Shown here one piece after another: positions 1 to 12,000 of a stretch of 64,000 nt of DNA. Positions within the stretch are counted from its first letter, which is position 1, and each line of letters starts with the position of its first letter. The position numbers and the translations under genes were made by a program. The stretch is from Oikopleura dioica (taxonomy: Eukaryota > Animalia > Chordata). The notes under the pieces are model-generated. The model was not told the origin of the DNA, ran no database searches, and saw nothing but the letters and a program-made list of their open reading frames with translations. The stretch spans positions 12,958,001 through 13,022,000 of the forward strand of contig OU015567.1 in the NCBI GenBank assembly GCA_907165135.1, written 5' to 3'.

Positions 1-292
1 GTTCAAAGTTTGAACTTCAAACGGTAAGCAGCTGTAAACGATGTAGAAAATCATGTTTGTAGGGGATTCCGAACAACAAAAATGGCGGTTGGTGAGCAAA
101 ATTTTCAGCAACCCGACGATTCTATCGGAGCTCAAAGAAAAACCCGTCCGATCATGCACGGGTTTTGCTGACACCATAAATACGATTGCAGCAGTCGGCG
201 TTGATTCTGCCCTAGAAAGCGGAGATATATTTTTTCAAACAATGACTTCGACTTTTGGCTTTTTGGGCAATTTTGATTATGGAAAAAAATAA
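1..292 (+). CDS. 5'-truncated paralog of the secreted peptide precursor at 530-940
   Basis: GT-AG intron 24-62 at the same position and phase as in the neighbour. Last exon GDSEQQKWRLVSKIFSNP...RSC...STFGFLGNFDYGKK* aligns with GESENKREQLMRKIFNEP...RSC...TSFGFMGNFNYGKK*. An in-frame TGA lies at 11-13. Confidence 0.55.
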
Positions 293-529
293 ACGTAACA
301 GTGTGTAAAATCTCAGTCTGCTTTACTGCTAACTAACGGGGTAGCCCATCAAAAGTACTGTAAATCGTCCAAAACTGTCGTCTGTCAACAAAGAGGCCCT
401 TATGTTAATACGAGGTTCAAGTGACTTGGTAGCTATCGACACGTGTTTATTATAAATATTGTATTTTCTTTTAAAATTAAAATGTCAGTATATAAGCCAG
501 ACAAAAAGTTATGTAAGCAGAATCGAACA

Positions 530-940
530 ATGAAAATTGGCAAAATTTGTCTTTTATTCGCGTCAGTGATAGCTTCTGGCCCAAGTTCTTATTTGGCTTG
601 CTCGACTGTTGAGACAATCGCGTTATTTACCTTGATAGACATTTGCTCCAACGGTAAGGAAATTCTAAAAATTCATCTCTCGAAATCGCTTTTAGGAGAG
701 TCTGAGAATAAAAGGGAGCAGCTGATGAGGAAAATTTTCAATGAACCAAAAATTCAATCGGAGATCGAAGAAAAACCATTTCGGTCATGCATGGATTTTC
801 TCAACGAAGTCAATCAGCTAATAGCAAATCCTACAACTGTTGCTGAAGCTGATCATACGCCGGAAGGGGAAGATCCTTTTTTGCAAACTTCTTATACTTC
901 TTTCGGCTTTATGGGAAACTTTAATTATGGAAAAAAATAA
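530..940 (+). CDS. Secreted protein / putative amidated peptide precursor (122 aa after splicing)
   Basis: ATG 530, hydrophobic N-terminus MKIGKICLLFASVIAS, 42-nt in-frame GT-AG intron 654-695, C-terminus YGKK* (Gly-dibasic amidation signal). Confidence 0.65.
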   Translation: MKIGKICLLFASVIASGPSSYLACSTVETIALFTLIDICSNGKEILKIHLSKSLLGESENKREQLMRKIFNEPKIQSEIEEKPFRSCMDFLNEVNQLIANPTTVAEADHTPEGEDPFLQTSYTSFGFMGNFNYGKK

Positions 941-1044
941 ATGTCATTCAAAGCATATTTTTTATTCACATGAAGAGACAAAGTAGAGGCTTTGTAGGTT
1001 TTCTGTGTTAATGAACTAGCATGAGCAGACAATAGCAAGTTAAT

Positions 1045-3870
1045 CTATAAATGGGACTGTTCTTCTTTAGCTGGCGCAATGTCCCGGAAAGCCGGATTTC
1101 CTAAGAGCAAAGAGATTACAAAGAGCAAGGGAAAGATTAAGACGCACCTGTTCCATGTTCTTCCTTTTCTTTTTGAGACATGAAATCGTCGGATGGCCTG
1201 AGAGATGAAAGGCCCTTCAGGAGAATGGACGCGACAAAGTAGACAACAATTATCACCGCTGGAGTCATCGACATCAGCATGGCTGGAAACATGATTAGGC
1301 GATTTTTAAAACAAATTGTTTACCAATTGTGTTGCTCCACTTAGGAAAAACTTGAATCGGGCTGTCTGGATCATCCCCAGTAACATCTCGGTAGGCGTTC
1401 GCGATGGTATCGTATCCAAGGAAAGCAGTAATGATTACGTAAAGCAACATGGCGGGGGTAATCAAGTACCACATTGGATAAAAATAACCCTTGGTAATGA
1501 CTGAAAGAGAGCCGACCATTTCTTCGAGGTTGGAAACAAATCGGAATTTGCCCGTGTAGAAGTTGTACAAGAAGTGTTGGACGACGATGAGGAAGAATGC
1601 TAGAATAAGAAGACCGTGGTAGGCAGAGTAGTCGTTGATGAGATTGAAGAACCAGTAGCCACCGTTAGTAAGGATAGGAATGCCGAGAAGGAAGCCAATC
1701 AAGCAGGTAGTAGAGAGAACAGCGACTCGTCGCCAACCATAGCGGCAACTTGGAAACTCGTCCAAAAGCCAGCGATGAGGACGTCGACCATGGCGAATTG
1801 TGAGTCGAGGCCGAGAGTGACCAGCATGATAAAGAACAACGCTGAATGGGTTAAAATAACCATCAGGGAAGAGAATTTTTACCTGAAAAAAATTGCGAAG
1901 CTGGAAGCAACGACATAGCTTCGGGATAAGCGATGAAAGCGAGACCAGGTCCGGATGCGACGACATCTTCGACTTTGATGCAGTTTTTGTAAGCCATGTG
2001 GCCCAAAAATGAGAAGACACCAAAACCAGCGAAGACGGATGAGAAACAATTTCCGCAGGATACAATAAATGTATCACTAAAATTGTTATGATTTACGAAT
2101 AAATGCGCTGTTATCTACCGTAAGATGTTGTTGTCGAACTCGTTGTAACTAGACATGACCATTAATCCACCAAAAGTAACACCAAGAGAGTAGAAAATCT
2201 GCGTGGCAGCAGCAGCCCATACGCCTGAATCGGCAAGTTTGGATACATCCGGTTTCAGGTAAAAGGTAATTCCATCTTTAGCGCCATCAAGCGTCGCACC
2301 AAAAATAACCAAGATCACCAAGACGACGTAAGGGAAGGTTGCGGTAACATAGACTACCTTGCCAACGGATTGAACGCCTTTGAATAGGCACAGGAAGACG
2401 AGTAGCCAAGCCACTTGAATGATTTTTTGTTAGCTGAATATAAACACTATTAAATCTCTTACCGAAGTTGGCGCCGACGAGCTCACCCAGTGGGACGCCC
2501 AAATTGTCCAGCGTGAATTTCATTTCTGGGTTGGCATCGGTTTCATCATTGTAAAGTTGAAGCACTCGACGGCTAGAATATTTTTCAAATAAATTTAACC
2601 AAAAATACAGTCGTTGTCGTATTTAACATGCATGGTATGTTTACTTACAACCAGTATTCTTCCGCTGGTTCAGAAGACTTCAAGCTTACATCCAGCAAAT
2701 CGGTAACTTGCTGATCACTCAAAAAATAATTATCCTGAATGTCAGGCATAACGGCGTCGGTGAAAGTCGAGTTCAACTTCCAAAATGTTTCATTGTTTCT
2801 GCAATCATTCATTTCTGGAGTGAGCATCTTGGTTATTTCGCAGTAGGCTTTTGTTTCGTTTTTGTTCCACCATGCATTACACTCGGTCCAAGGGAGGACT
2901 TTGTTGAAACCAGCGACGAGGTAGTGGAGGGAGTAGGCTATGACGATGTTGTAGTAGATCATGACGAAGAAGCTGACAGCAATCATGCCGTATCCGATTC
3001 CTTTTCATTAGGTCAAAAACGAATAACTCGGAAATTAAGAGTTAATCCTTAAGTTGAAATTGAAAAGCTTGGAGCAGCTCATCCGTAAAAAACAGCTAAA
3101 ATTTCAACCCCGCGGCTCCCCAGCGGCGCTCTTCCACTTCACTTATGACTGGTAATACCGAATTTAAACTCAAGTTTGAAGCGAAGCTGTCAATTCATCC
3201 TCTCTCCGAGTCTCGGACGCTGTTATTTCAGCAGTTCGCGTTTAGCTCTCGCCCTTCTGCACCTGATATCTCTTACAATTTTGAAAAAAAAGTGCGAAAA
3301 GTAATGCGGTCCGTGAAGACCCTCAACTTGTAATAATATTTTGACCTGTGTTCCTTTGAAGGCTGGGACAGTTTTCCAAACACCAAGCGTTCCCTCGCCC
3401 GAGTACTGACCGAGTGACAGCTCAGTCAGAAAAATCGGAATACCGCAGAGAAACAGCATGAGAAAGTAAGGGATGAAGAACACGCCACCTCCATTTTGAT
3501 AAGCTAGATATGGGAATCGCCAAACATTTCCAAGGCCGACGCAGTACCCTAAATTCTCAAGTTTGGGAAAATTCCAACAGGTCATGCACGGCCAAAACGA
3601 TGCATTCAGCGACCTTTTACGGGACGCACTCTTTGTGATGTCTGCTACTCGGTAGTTTTATACGCCTTTAAAACTGTTTCATTAGCTTTAACTCTCTATC
3701 TACCAGTCGAGAAGCTCAAAGGTGAATAAATATCTTACCAATACATGAGAGAAGGAATTCTAGCTTTCCTCCCCAAGTCTCTTTCTTCGGCTCTGAATTG
3801 CTCTCTCCCTAAAGGTTTTTATTAGTTGTATGTTGGTTTTAATACAAAAAAAAATGAGAAATATACCATC
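1045..3870 (-). CDS. SLC6 Na+/Cl- dependent neurotransmitter/amino-acid transporter
   Basis: Spliced motifs [89 protein letters not shown] and [10 protein letters not shown] at 3870-3868 directly before an intron, stop at 1047-1045. One frame break at A-run 1764-1767. Subfamily not resolved. Confidence 0.95.
3001..3353 (-). other. Non-canonical GA-AG intron of the SLC6 gene
   Basis: Removing 3353-3001 restores conserved TTC AAA G|GA ATC GGA TAC (FKGIGY). The nearby GT donor gives the wrong phase. Confidence 0.75.
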
Positions 3871-6800
3871 TTGGTCCAAGATGATCGAGAGTGAACGTAA
3901 AGTGGTGCTTTGAAAAAAAAAAATCCGTGGTTCGTGAAGACCCGACCTGCCGCGGGCGCTAGACCTTCTTTTTGTATCTATTTTATTTTTTCTAACACTG
4001 CCTCTAGCTTAAGCTAAACTACATAATTGCTAAAGGTTCTATAGACTATAGTACCGCCTAGCGGGGGGCTTTTTTTGTTTTCTTTTGATTCTTGTCTTTG
4101 TTTATGGTGAATATGTTACACAGAAAAACAGAACCATTTCTCTGGAAAATACGTACCATTTTTTCCAAACGGAACGTTATTTGAAAAAGATGGAAATGGT
4201 CGGTCGGAGGGTTTTTATACGCCGGTAGTCAAATATGAAAAATATAATAGAGTTTAGCTCAAAGAAATTTCCGGGAATTGAAAGCAAGGGTACCTTTTAC
4301 TTCCTCGTTAAGTAAAGTCTATATTTAATGACCCCTAAAAATGAAGAAGTTACCCTGAATTCAACCAATTAATAGGCCTTCTATTTACTTGCAAATTATC
4401 TCTTTGAATCTGCTCGACATCATAAAAATCCGATTTTCTGCCCATTTTTTCAAAATAAAATATTCTTTGGGAAAATTGAAAAAAAAACGACTGTCCAAAG
4501 ATTTTATATTGAGGCCTTTGATTCACGGCAAAAATGAATGGGAATTTTAAGATTGAAAATTTGCATGATTGAATAATTGACTGGGAACCAAGTGAGCTGG
4601 TGAATAAACCTTTTTGACTTTCTTGAGTGGAATCAGCGCATCTCCTGAGTGGAGGAAATCGCCTTGGCTGATATCTTCAGTAAACTCATCTCCTTTCAGA
4701 AGGGTACTCAATGTTCACCTTTGTTTCTCATGTCTAACTTTCGTATCCTTTCCTGAAAAACTCTCGGTTCCAGACTCGGAAATCTCTTCTGTCAAAGGCT
4801 TTGCTTTCATTCTTGAAATTCAAAAACGCAGAAAAATAGACCCAAAACTGATAACTTCTCAAAAATCGAGACTGACTGATTTCCGATCTGATGCTCGTCG
4901 CCGATTGTTTTTGAGAAAAAGTGGAACCTCCCGCTGTTCCTGACTGACCCGGTTACGGCAGCTTTATGGTACAGAGCGTCAACCCTTTAAGTATTTGACG
5001 CGCAAATAAGGGATTACAATAAACCCTTTTCATTGTGTCTCCTTTGGTTAATTCTGAAGAGACTCAACTGCTGAATACTATTTTCAAATCATCATGGATC
5101 ATTTGACCGATTAGATTTTAGTTCGTAAAGATGGCCAACAATTTCTTTCTTAAAGATGGCGAAACCCCTTCGCGGCTTTCGTTTTCATTTTAGCTCTTCA
5201 AAACCTGACTCAGTTTTTCTACACAGGTTGCCGAGCTCATATAATATGAGTCATATTTGTGGGCTTATTGGGCAGAATTGGGAAAGAGAGCGTTCCTTTG
5301 ATAGTTGACGAACAGTCTATCCATCTCTTTATGATTTTTCAAGTCCATGAGCTCCAGGAGCATTCGCTGCTTCATTTTGAACTCCTCGGTATCACACGCG
5401 GACAAAATATTAGGCATTTTTTTTGATCCCTCTTCTCAGAAACGCTCGCTGGTTACTCCTCGTTTCAAGCTTTTAAACGGTCGCTGTTAGCAAGAACAAT
5501 CCTTTGACGCAAAAGCGCATATTGCACCCGTCAAAAGTAGCAATTTGAACGAAAATTTAAATAAATATGTTTATTACAATCTTCTAAAAATCAATGGTGG
5601 TCATAGCTGCTTTTGTGGAAGTTAAAGCCAGGCATTACAGATGATTTACAGGCGGGGTCACTTTCGCTGACAATTTCATCCATATTTGGGAGTTGCCAAA
5701 TCGCGCAAATTAATGCATTTAAAATCAGTAAGATTCCCTTGAATAAATATAAATTTTGCATAACTAAAAAATAGTGTTCAACTTACTTGTGTGTTTGAAA
5801 TGATTGTCCATCCCCGAAGCTGTTCGCCACCTTTTCTCAGGGTGGGCAATTATTGGTCGAGGGGGTTGTGTGTTAATTGGGGAGGGAGACGCTGGTAGGT
5901 CCCCTGTTCGTGAAACATTTTTCGACCAACACAGCCTCTCTCCCATTTGGCAGCCCCTAGGGGCCCTTGAAGAAGGAGGGAAAACGAGTCCCTCCCCCTC
6001 CTACTGCCCAATTTTCAGCCTGCATTTTGCACACCCTAGCCTGTTCTGGCAAACACTCGCTTGTGCCAGAAAAAAGAACCGTAAGTAACGCCTCTACAAA
6101 AGAACCGTGTTATCAATATTTCCTCCATTTTAACCTTGCCCGTACATGTGGATAACGGTCAAAATAAAGACCACGAGAACATAAGAAAAGCCAGTCTGCA
6201 GAGATACTCTTCCACCCAACAAAAACGCCAAAGGAACACCGAGTGCGGTCGATAACATTATCATACTTTGCTGGCTCGAGGAGAGATAGCGCTCTAAAAA
6301 ATCTTAGCCCCGCGGAGCCGTTTCCTGGGACAAGAATAAGGCGAAGCCATTACTCTGAAGAAATGCGTTACCAAAACGATGAAGTAAATTAGCGTGAGCC
6401 ACATTCTAGCGCGAATGGCGTTGAGGTAGGGGCAGTTGATCGTACTGAAATTTTCTGTAAGAGGAATGACTGCTGTAGGATTCAATCCAACCCATGATGA
6501 TCTGAAGAATCATCACTGTTTGTGGTCATTTATCGATAAACTGCATCCTCAAAGCCTGTTATGAAAGGTGAATCTTCATAACTCATTATTCTAGAATTTC
6601 TATTTATCTGATCATTAGCTGGCAAGACCATCATCTGAAGGAATGATACCTCAGCAAATTTCAGAGTCAAAGGGCTTTTGCGACTTTCGGAAGCTTTTGC
6701 GTAAATATTTTATCGGCGATTATAAAATTAAATGTGTAGACGTCTCCTCGTGTGTATCAAGTGTGGGAAATCGAGGTTTGGCTTATTCGTCACCCACCCG

Positions 6801-6929
6801 CGGTCTGTTAGCTTGGCAAATGATCGGATATAGAAAAAGAAATTCTTTTCCATCTATCAGCTCATAAATCTATTGGAAGAGCAGAAGGATCTTTTAGCAA
6901 GTTGTAAATTGCCGTCCAAGTACTAGCTA

Positions 6930-8997
6930 GACAGAGAAATACTTGGCACTCAAAGAGATTACGTCAAGAAATCATGGAAGAGGAGAATTCCCAAGGAGAG
7001 AAAACGGGAAGATTTACTCAAGTAAAGGTTGATCTGAACTTTTAATCGTCCTTTTAATGGATTAAGGTTACAATCAATGAGACAGTTAATCGAATCCGGA
7101 CGATTACCGCAACTTCAATCGGCTCTGTTCCAGATTTGAATGGTAAAAAGAATCAGAAAATAGAAAAAAATTGACAGACGCAAATTGAAATCATAGAAGA
7201 CAACCATAACGAACTTGACAGGTCAATTACTGAGCCAAATACACATGATAAATAATTTCGCCATGACAATTTTGAGAACGGCTAATTCATCTTATTTCTT
7301 AATTATTGAGAAACTGCTTTTAAATCGTGGGGATGAGCCCGAAGCCCAGTAAATATTTTTCTCTGCCACGTGATCGTTACATAATTTGGCTTTCAATAGT
7401 ATAATTCTTGAGGATTCTTGAGCGCCAAAACCTTTAAGGTCACCAGGAAAGCCTCGTCTTTTAAGAAAACAGAGAGAAATTAGAAGAAGAAACATAAACA
7501 GTGAACTTCAAGGGCCGTGAGGATTTTCGCCCAAATAGGAAAGGAGCTGAACTTGAAATGTCACTCACAGTCGCCAATTTGACAATTTGATGTCAATTTG
7601 AGAATCTACCATGCATCAAGAGATTCATTTTGTACATATGCTAAACCCTAGTCTTTTGGAAAAGAGGAGAGAGAGAGAGAGAGCTTTGTTGGAAGATTAT
7701 GCGTGATTTTGTGTTTTCAATCATTGATGATTTTTCAATTGCACCGTGCAGTTATTTCCAGATCTAATATTAATTTTCTTCAGAGAGGTGAAAAAATGGA
7801 GTTTAGTATTCCTACTCTTTGGTTTACAGGTAGTTTTTGAAGCTCGAGTTTTTAGTTTTCTTTTCTAATTTTCAAAGAGTTTAATTTTAATCAGACACGG
7901 GCGTTGATGATGAACGAGGATCAACTGATGAGCTTATCGACAATTACGGCCCTAGAGAACGGATAGAAAGGATTAAACCCGTCATCATTATTTACAGTCA
8001 GCTCCTTCACAGGCTCTGAGGCAAAATTGAGCTTTTCTTAAATCAAATACTTCGCATAAATAATTGATTGCTTCCACACTTTTTCCGAATCTTTCAAATT
8101 GGCCACAGAGAAAACTGACTAGGAGTTTGCATTTATAAATAGTTGATTGTTTTCTTTTACGTGGAGTGATCACTTTTCACGCTCCAAAAAGATAGAGTAT
8201 CCAAAATGAGAACCTTGTCTCCAGTCGACATCGAAGAAATGAAAGAACAAAAAGGGATGAGATATTTACCGATTCCAGAGAAAACGCCAAGAAAAAGCTT
8301 TTTGAAGACTTTTGGTAGCTCGAGAATATCAAAAGCAGCTGGAACCGTTCGAAGAGCTTCCGTTCAAGTAAAACCGTGTCATAGAAAAGCTTGTAGAATT
8401 TCTTAGGTCCGAAGCTTCTTCAATGATATACACAGACTTTCCCCGCGCTATCCAAGGTCACGAAGATTATCAGAAATAACGGAGACCAATCTTCAGCTCC
8501 CTTCTCTTCAGAAACAGCGAATTCGACATAGGAGTCACTCCATTAATCTCGGAGAGCTTCATTTTCTACAGGATATCGTAGTCGATCCAATAGGCATAGC
8601 TCCCCAAAATACCAAGACACTGGTTGTATCATAGTAAATCTGATGACAGCTGGTTAATATCCTAAGTGAACGCTACCAACCTTGACTTAGAAAGGTGTCA
8701 CTTGGGCTAGCGATCTTGAAATGCACAGATCAGTGTCTTTCTCTGAATTATTCCTGTCAAGTACGTTATGGTTTGTCTCAATGTCTGCTTGAATTCTCTT
8801 GAATTTTGACTTTACCCTTGGGCAGATTTTATCTGGCAAAAGTAAATATTCTTTCAGACCATGGAACCGAAGAGTCACCATTACTTGCCCCAACCTGGTC
8901 GCAAACAAAAACTCTCCAAGGACTTGAAGCCGATGCCCTGGCAAAAGACGTGAGAGCAAGACGAGGAACAGTAATGCATAACGTAAGTCTTTCATAG
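6930..8997 (+). CDS. Probable multi-exon gene of unknown function (Ser/Arg-rich, apparently disordered)
   Basis: Several open segments flanked by GT/AG join in frame, e.g. VRSFFNDIHRLSPRYPRSRRLSE...NTKTL|KGVTWASDLEMHRSVSFSELFLS|NHGTEESPLL...RRGTVMHNVSLS*. The 5' end is not located and no family is recognised. Confidence 0.35.
7667..7683. repeat. (GA)n microsatellite
   Basis: gagagagagagagagag read directly. Confidence 0.8.
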
Positions 8998-9028
8998 CTC
9001 AATTATTATTGAATTTTTCGGTCAGTTT

Positions 9029-12000
9029 CTAAGAGCATGTTTCGATGCAATTTTGATCTATGAGATCGCCGGTTTCGAAGTCTTCGATGCAGACTTTGAG
9101 TTCGCACTCGAAATGAAGTTCATCATCATTTTCGTTGAAAGTAAAAGTATTGAAGTGGAAGGAAGCATTGTCTTCTGAATCCGAGTTTTTGCCAGTTAGA
9201 TCGGTGATATCTAATTCAAGGAAATGAGAGGAATCGGTCTCTTGGCATGGACTTGAAATAAGGTCGTAAGAGGCTCCAGTTTTGTTCGAATTTTGATACG
9301 TTGTACATTTCGTTATCTTCAAGCAATTATTTTATTTGTTTAAATTTCTTAAATTTTTCACCTGATAACTAAAGTTGAAGCTGCTTGTTTTATTCTCAGA
9401 AATCAGGCCGTAGATGATTTCACCTAATATAAGATTGGTTATAAAAATTAAAATTATATTCATTTTACCTATATTCAAATCAACCGCTTCACTTTGATAA
9501 GCTTCGTCTTTATAGAAATCTAGCTGAACTAAATCACTAAAACTTCCATTTCCAGGAGTAACGCAATCATTTTCAATAAGTAAATCATCATGGCAATATT
9601 TTATCTGTTGGACGTCAACGTGAGTTCCGACAGTAGTCGTGCTAGGATACACACATTTTGCATCAAAACCAAGTTTTGACGCAACATAAACACCATCTCT
9701 ACTTATTAGTGATCGTGAACCACATACTCTCCATTCAAAAGTGATGTCAGCTTTTTGTGAAATTTCTCCGCCACAAGTACCAAGTTCAAAAGTTTCGATA
9801 ATCCAACCAGACTCATGTTGTTGGGTTCCGTTGCATGTGCCGACTATCAAACGGACTTCATCCCACAGATCCTCGGGCAAGTTCCCATAGAGGTCGTTGA
9901 TATGAGCAGAGATGGTGATGGTTGTCGAATCACATTCGGTCACTGGGCCAGAGCTTTGACTTCTGCCATCGTTATTCTCGGTCGAAGGGGGCGAAGGGGC
10001 GGATGATGAGGGCGGTCCACTCCTGACAAGTTCTTGGATCCAGTCGTATGAATGTGCGATCGACGAGTAAAGTCCAGGATACCCTTCGTCAGCACAACCA
10101 TATCCTCGAGAAACGACCCCTGCTAGCGTTGCCTTCCCGTCAATCGCGCAGATAAGTGGCCCTCCGGAATCACCTTGACAAGCGTCAATTCCTCCATCGA
10201 TTAAACCGTTTAAATCTCGATCCGGAACTCCAGCACAAATATCGTCTTCGAAAAGAATCATTTCGTGTGAATTTTGAATACAGTATTCCCTATCCATAAT
10301 GTTAACACCTGCTTGGAGAAGCTTGTCTGAAAGCTGGCCGTAGAATTGTGTTGTGCCCCACCCAGCGACCCAGCAAGACGATCCGTGAGCAGGGAGAGCA
10401 TCGTTTATGCATGCCATTTTCACATCTTGGTCTGGATCTGTAGCGATAATATCTTCGCTAAAGTGGATCATGCAAATATCGTATCCGTTGTTTCCATTGC
10501 CGTACTTTGGTTGAACAAGAAAATGATCAGCTTCTAAAGTGTACTCGTTTTCCTCATTTCTGTTCGTTCTCAGGTCGCTGAAGGTACCATAAATTGTTCT
10601 CATTCCAACACAACAATGAGCAGCGCTGACAACCCAATGATTGTCAACTACAGTCCCGCCGCATGTGTAGCTTGCCCAGCTCCCCCAGCGAACATCGAGT
10701 CGAACAATATATGGCCATTGATTTTCCTCCGCTAAAGAACCCCCAACGATTCGATTTGTCCAGAAAAAGCGTTCCTCGGGAAAGTTTTCAGCATGAGAAC
10801 AAGTTTGTAGATTCGGAACAATGATGTTCGACAGACTTTGAAATTCAGACTGGGGCTCTTCGTCCTCGAAATCTTCTATTTTTTCAGCTCCAACAATTTC
10901 TTGAATCCAACTGTAGGAATGTGCGATCGAAGAGTATATTCCTGGATATCCTTCAAGCGCACAGCCGTTTCCTCGTGAAATGACGCCAACGAGTGTTGCT
11001 CGACCGTCAAAGTCACAAATCAACGGACCACCCGAGTCTCCATCGCAAGCGTCGACTCCGCCATCGATCAGTCCATTTCCGTCTCTATCCGGAACTCCAG
11101 CGCAAATGTCGTCTTCATATAATTCGTTATAATTTGAAAATTCTTTGCAATAATTTCTGTCAAAAATATTGACCGTTGCTTCTCTAAGCTTCCATGAAAA
11201 GTATCCATTATCTTTTCTTCCCCATCCAGCAATCCAGCACGCTGAACCATGGATAGGTAGCGTGTCTGACAAGCAAACAACTTCGGCGCCGGAATTTTGA
11301 CCATTTCCGATAATATTCTCTTCGAAATATACCAAGCAAAGGTCAAATCCTTGTCCATAGCTGGGATGAATTTCGAAGTGATCGGCGTTCATCGTGAACT
11401 CGCCAGCTTCGTTCTTTGAACGATGAACATCGTTAAACGTCGCTTGGATAGAATCGACGTCCTCGCAACAAGAAGCAGAAGTCAGAAGCCAATGATTTTC
11501 AATAATTGTTCCTCCACAAGTTTGCGTTCTTGATGACTCCGTTGCCTTAACACGAGCCATGAAAGACCAGTGATTTTTATTCGCAAATTTTCCTCCAAAA
11601 ATCCTATCAGCAGGGAAATTTATATCACTATCACAGGTTTGCAGGGCTGGCAAAGGAAGATTGGTGATATCCGCGAATTCTGGTTGAGTTGATTCAGTTG
11701 TCGATGTTGTCGTTGTTGGCGGTTGTGCTTGTTGTTCTTCATCGCCAAGCACAGTTTCTCGAATCCAATCCCGTGAGTGATATACAGACGAATATAGGCC
11801 AGGATATCCTTCGTGAGCACAGCCATACCCTCGTGAAACGACTCCAGCGAGAGTAGCCTTGCCATTGAATTTGCAAAGGAGTGGTCCTCCAGAATCTCCT
11901 TGGCAAGCGTCTACGCCACCCTCTGTCCTTCCGTCACCATCTGTATCCGGGAGTCCTGCGCAGATATCGTCTTCGTAGAAATGTTCCCAAGGAATATCCG

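Noticed and set aside
1764-1767. SLC6 frame break as pseudogenisation or programmed frameshift
   Set aside because: One extra T restores AGFLDEFP, the rest of the gene is intact, and it matches the homopolymer-error pattern.
3281-3945. Repeated motif tgaaaaaaa...cgtgaagaccc at ~3281-3322 and ~3911-3943
   Set aside because: Only ~11 nt of exact match plus A-runs, so it cannot be distinguished from chance.
4550-5430. Short minus-strand open segments (MPNILSACDTEEF..., MKAKPLTEEISE...)
   Set aside because: Could not be spliced into a stop-free model and no recognisable domain.
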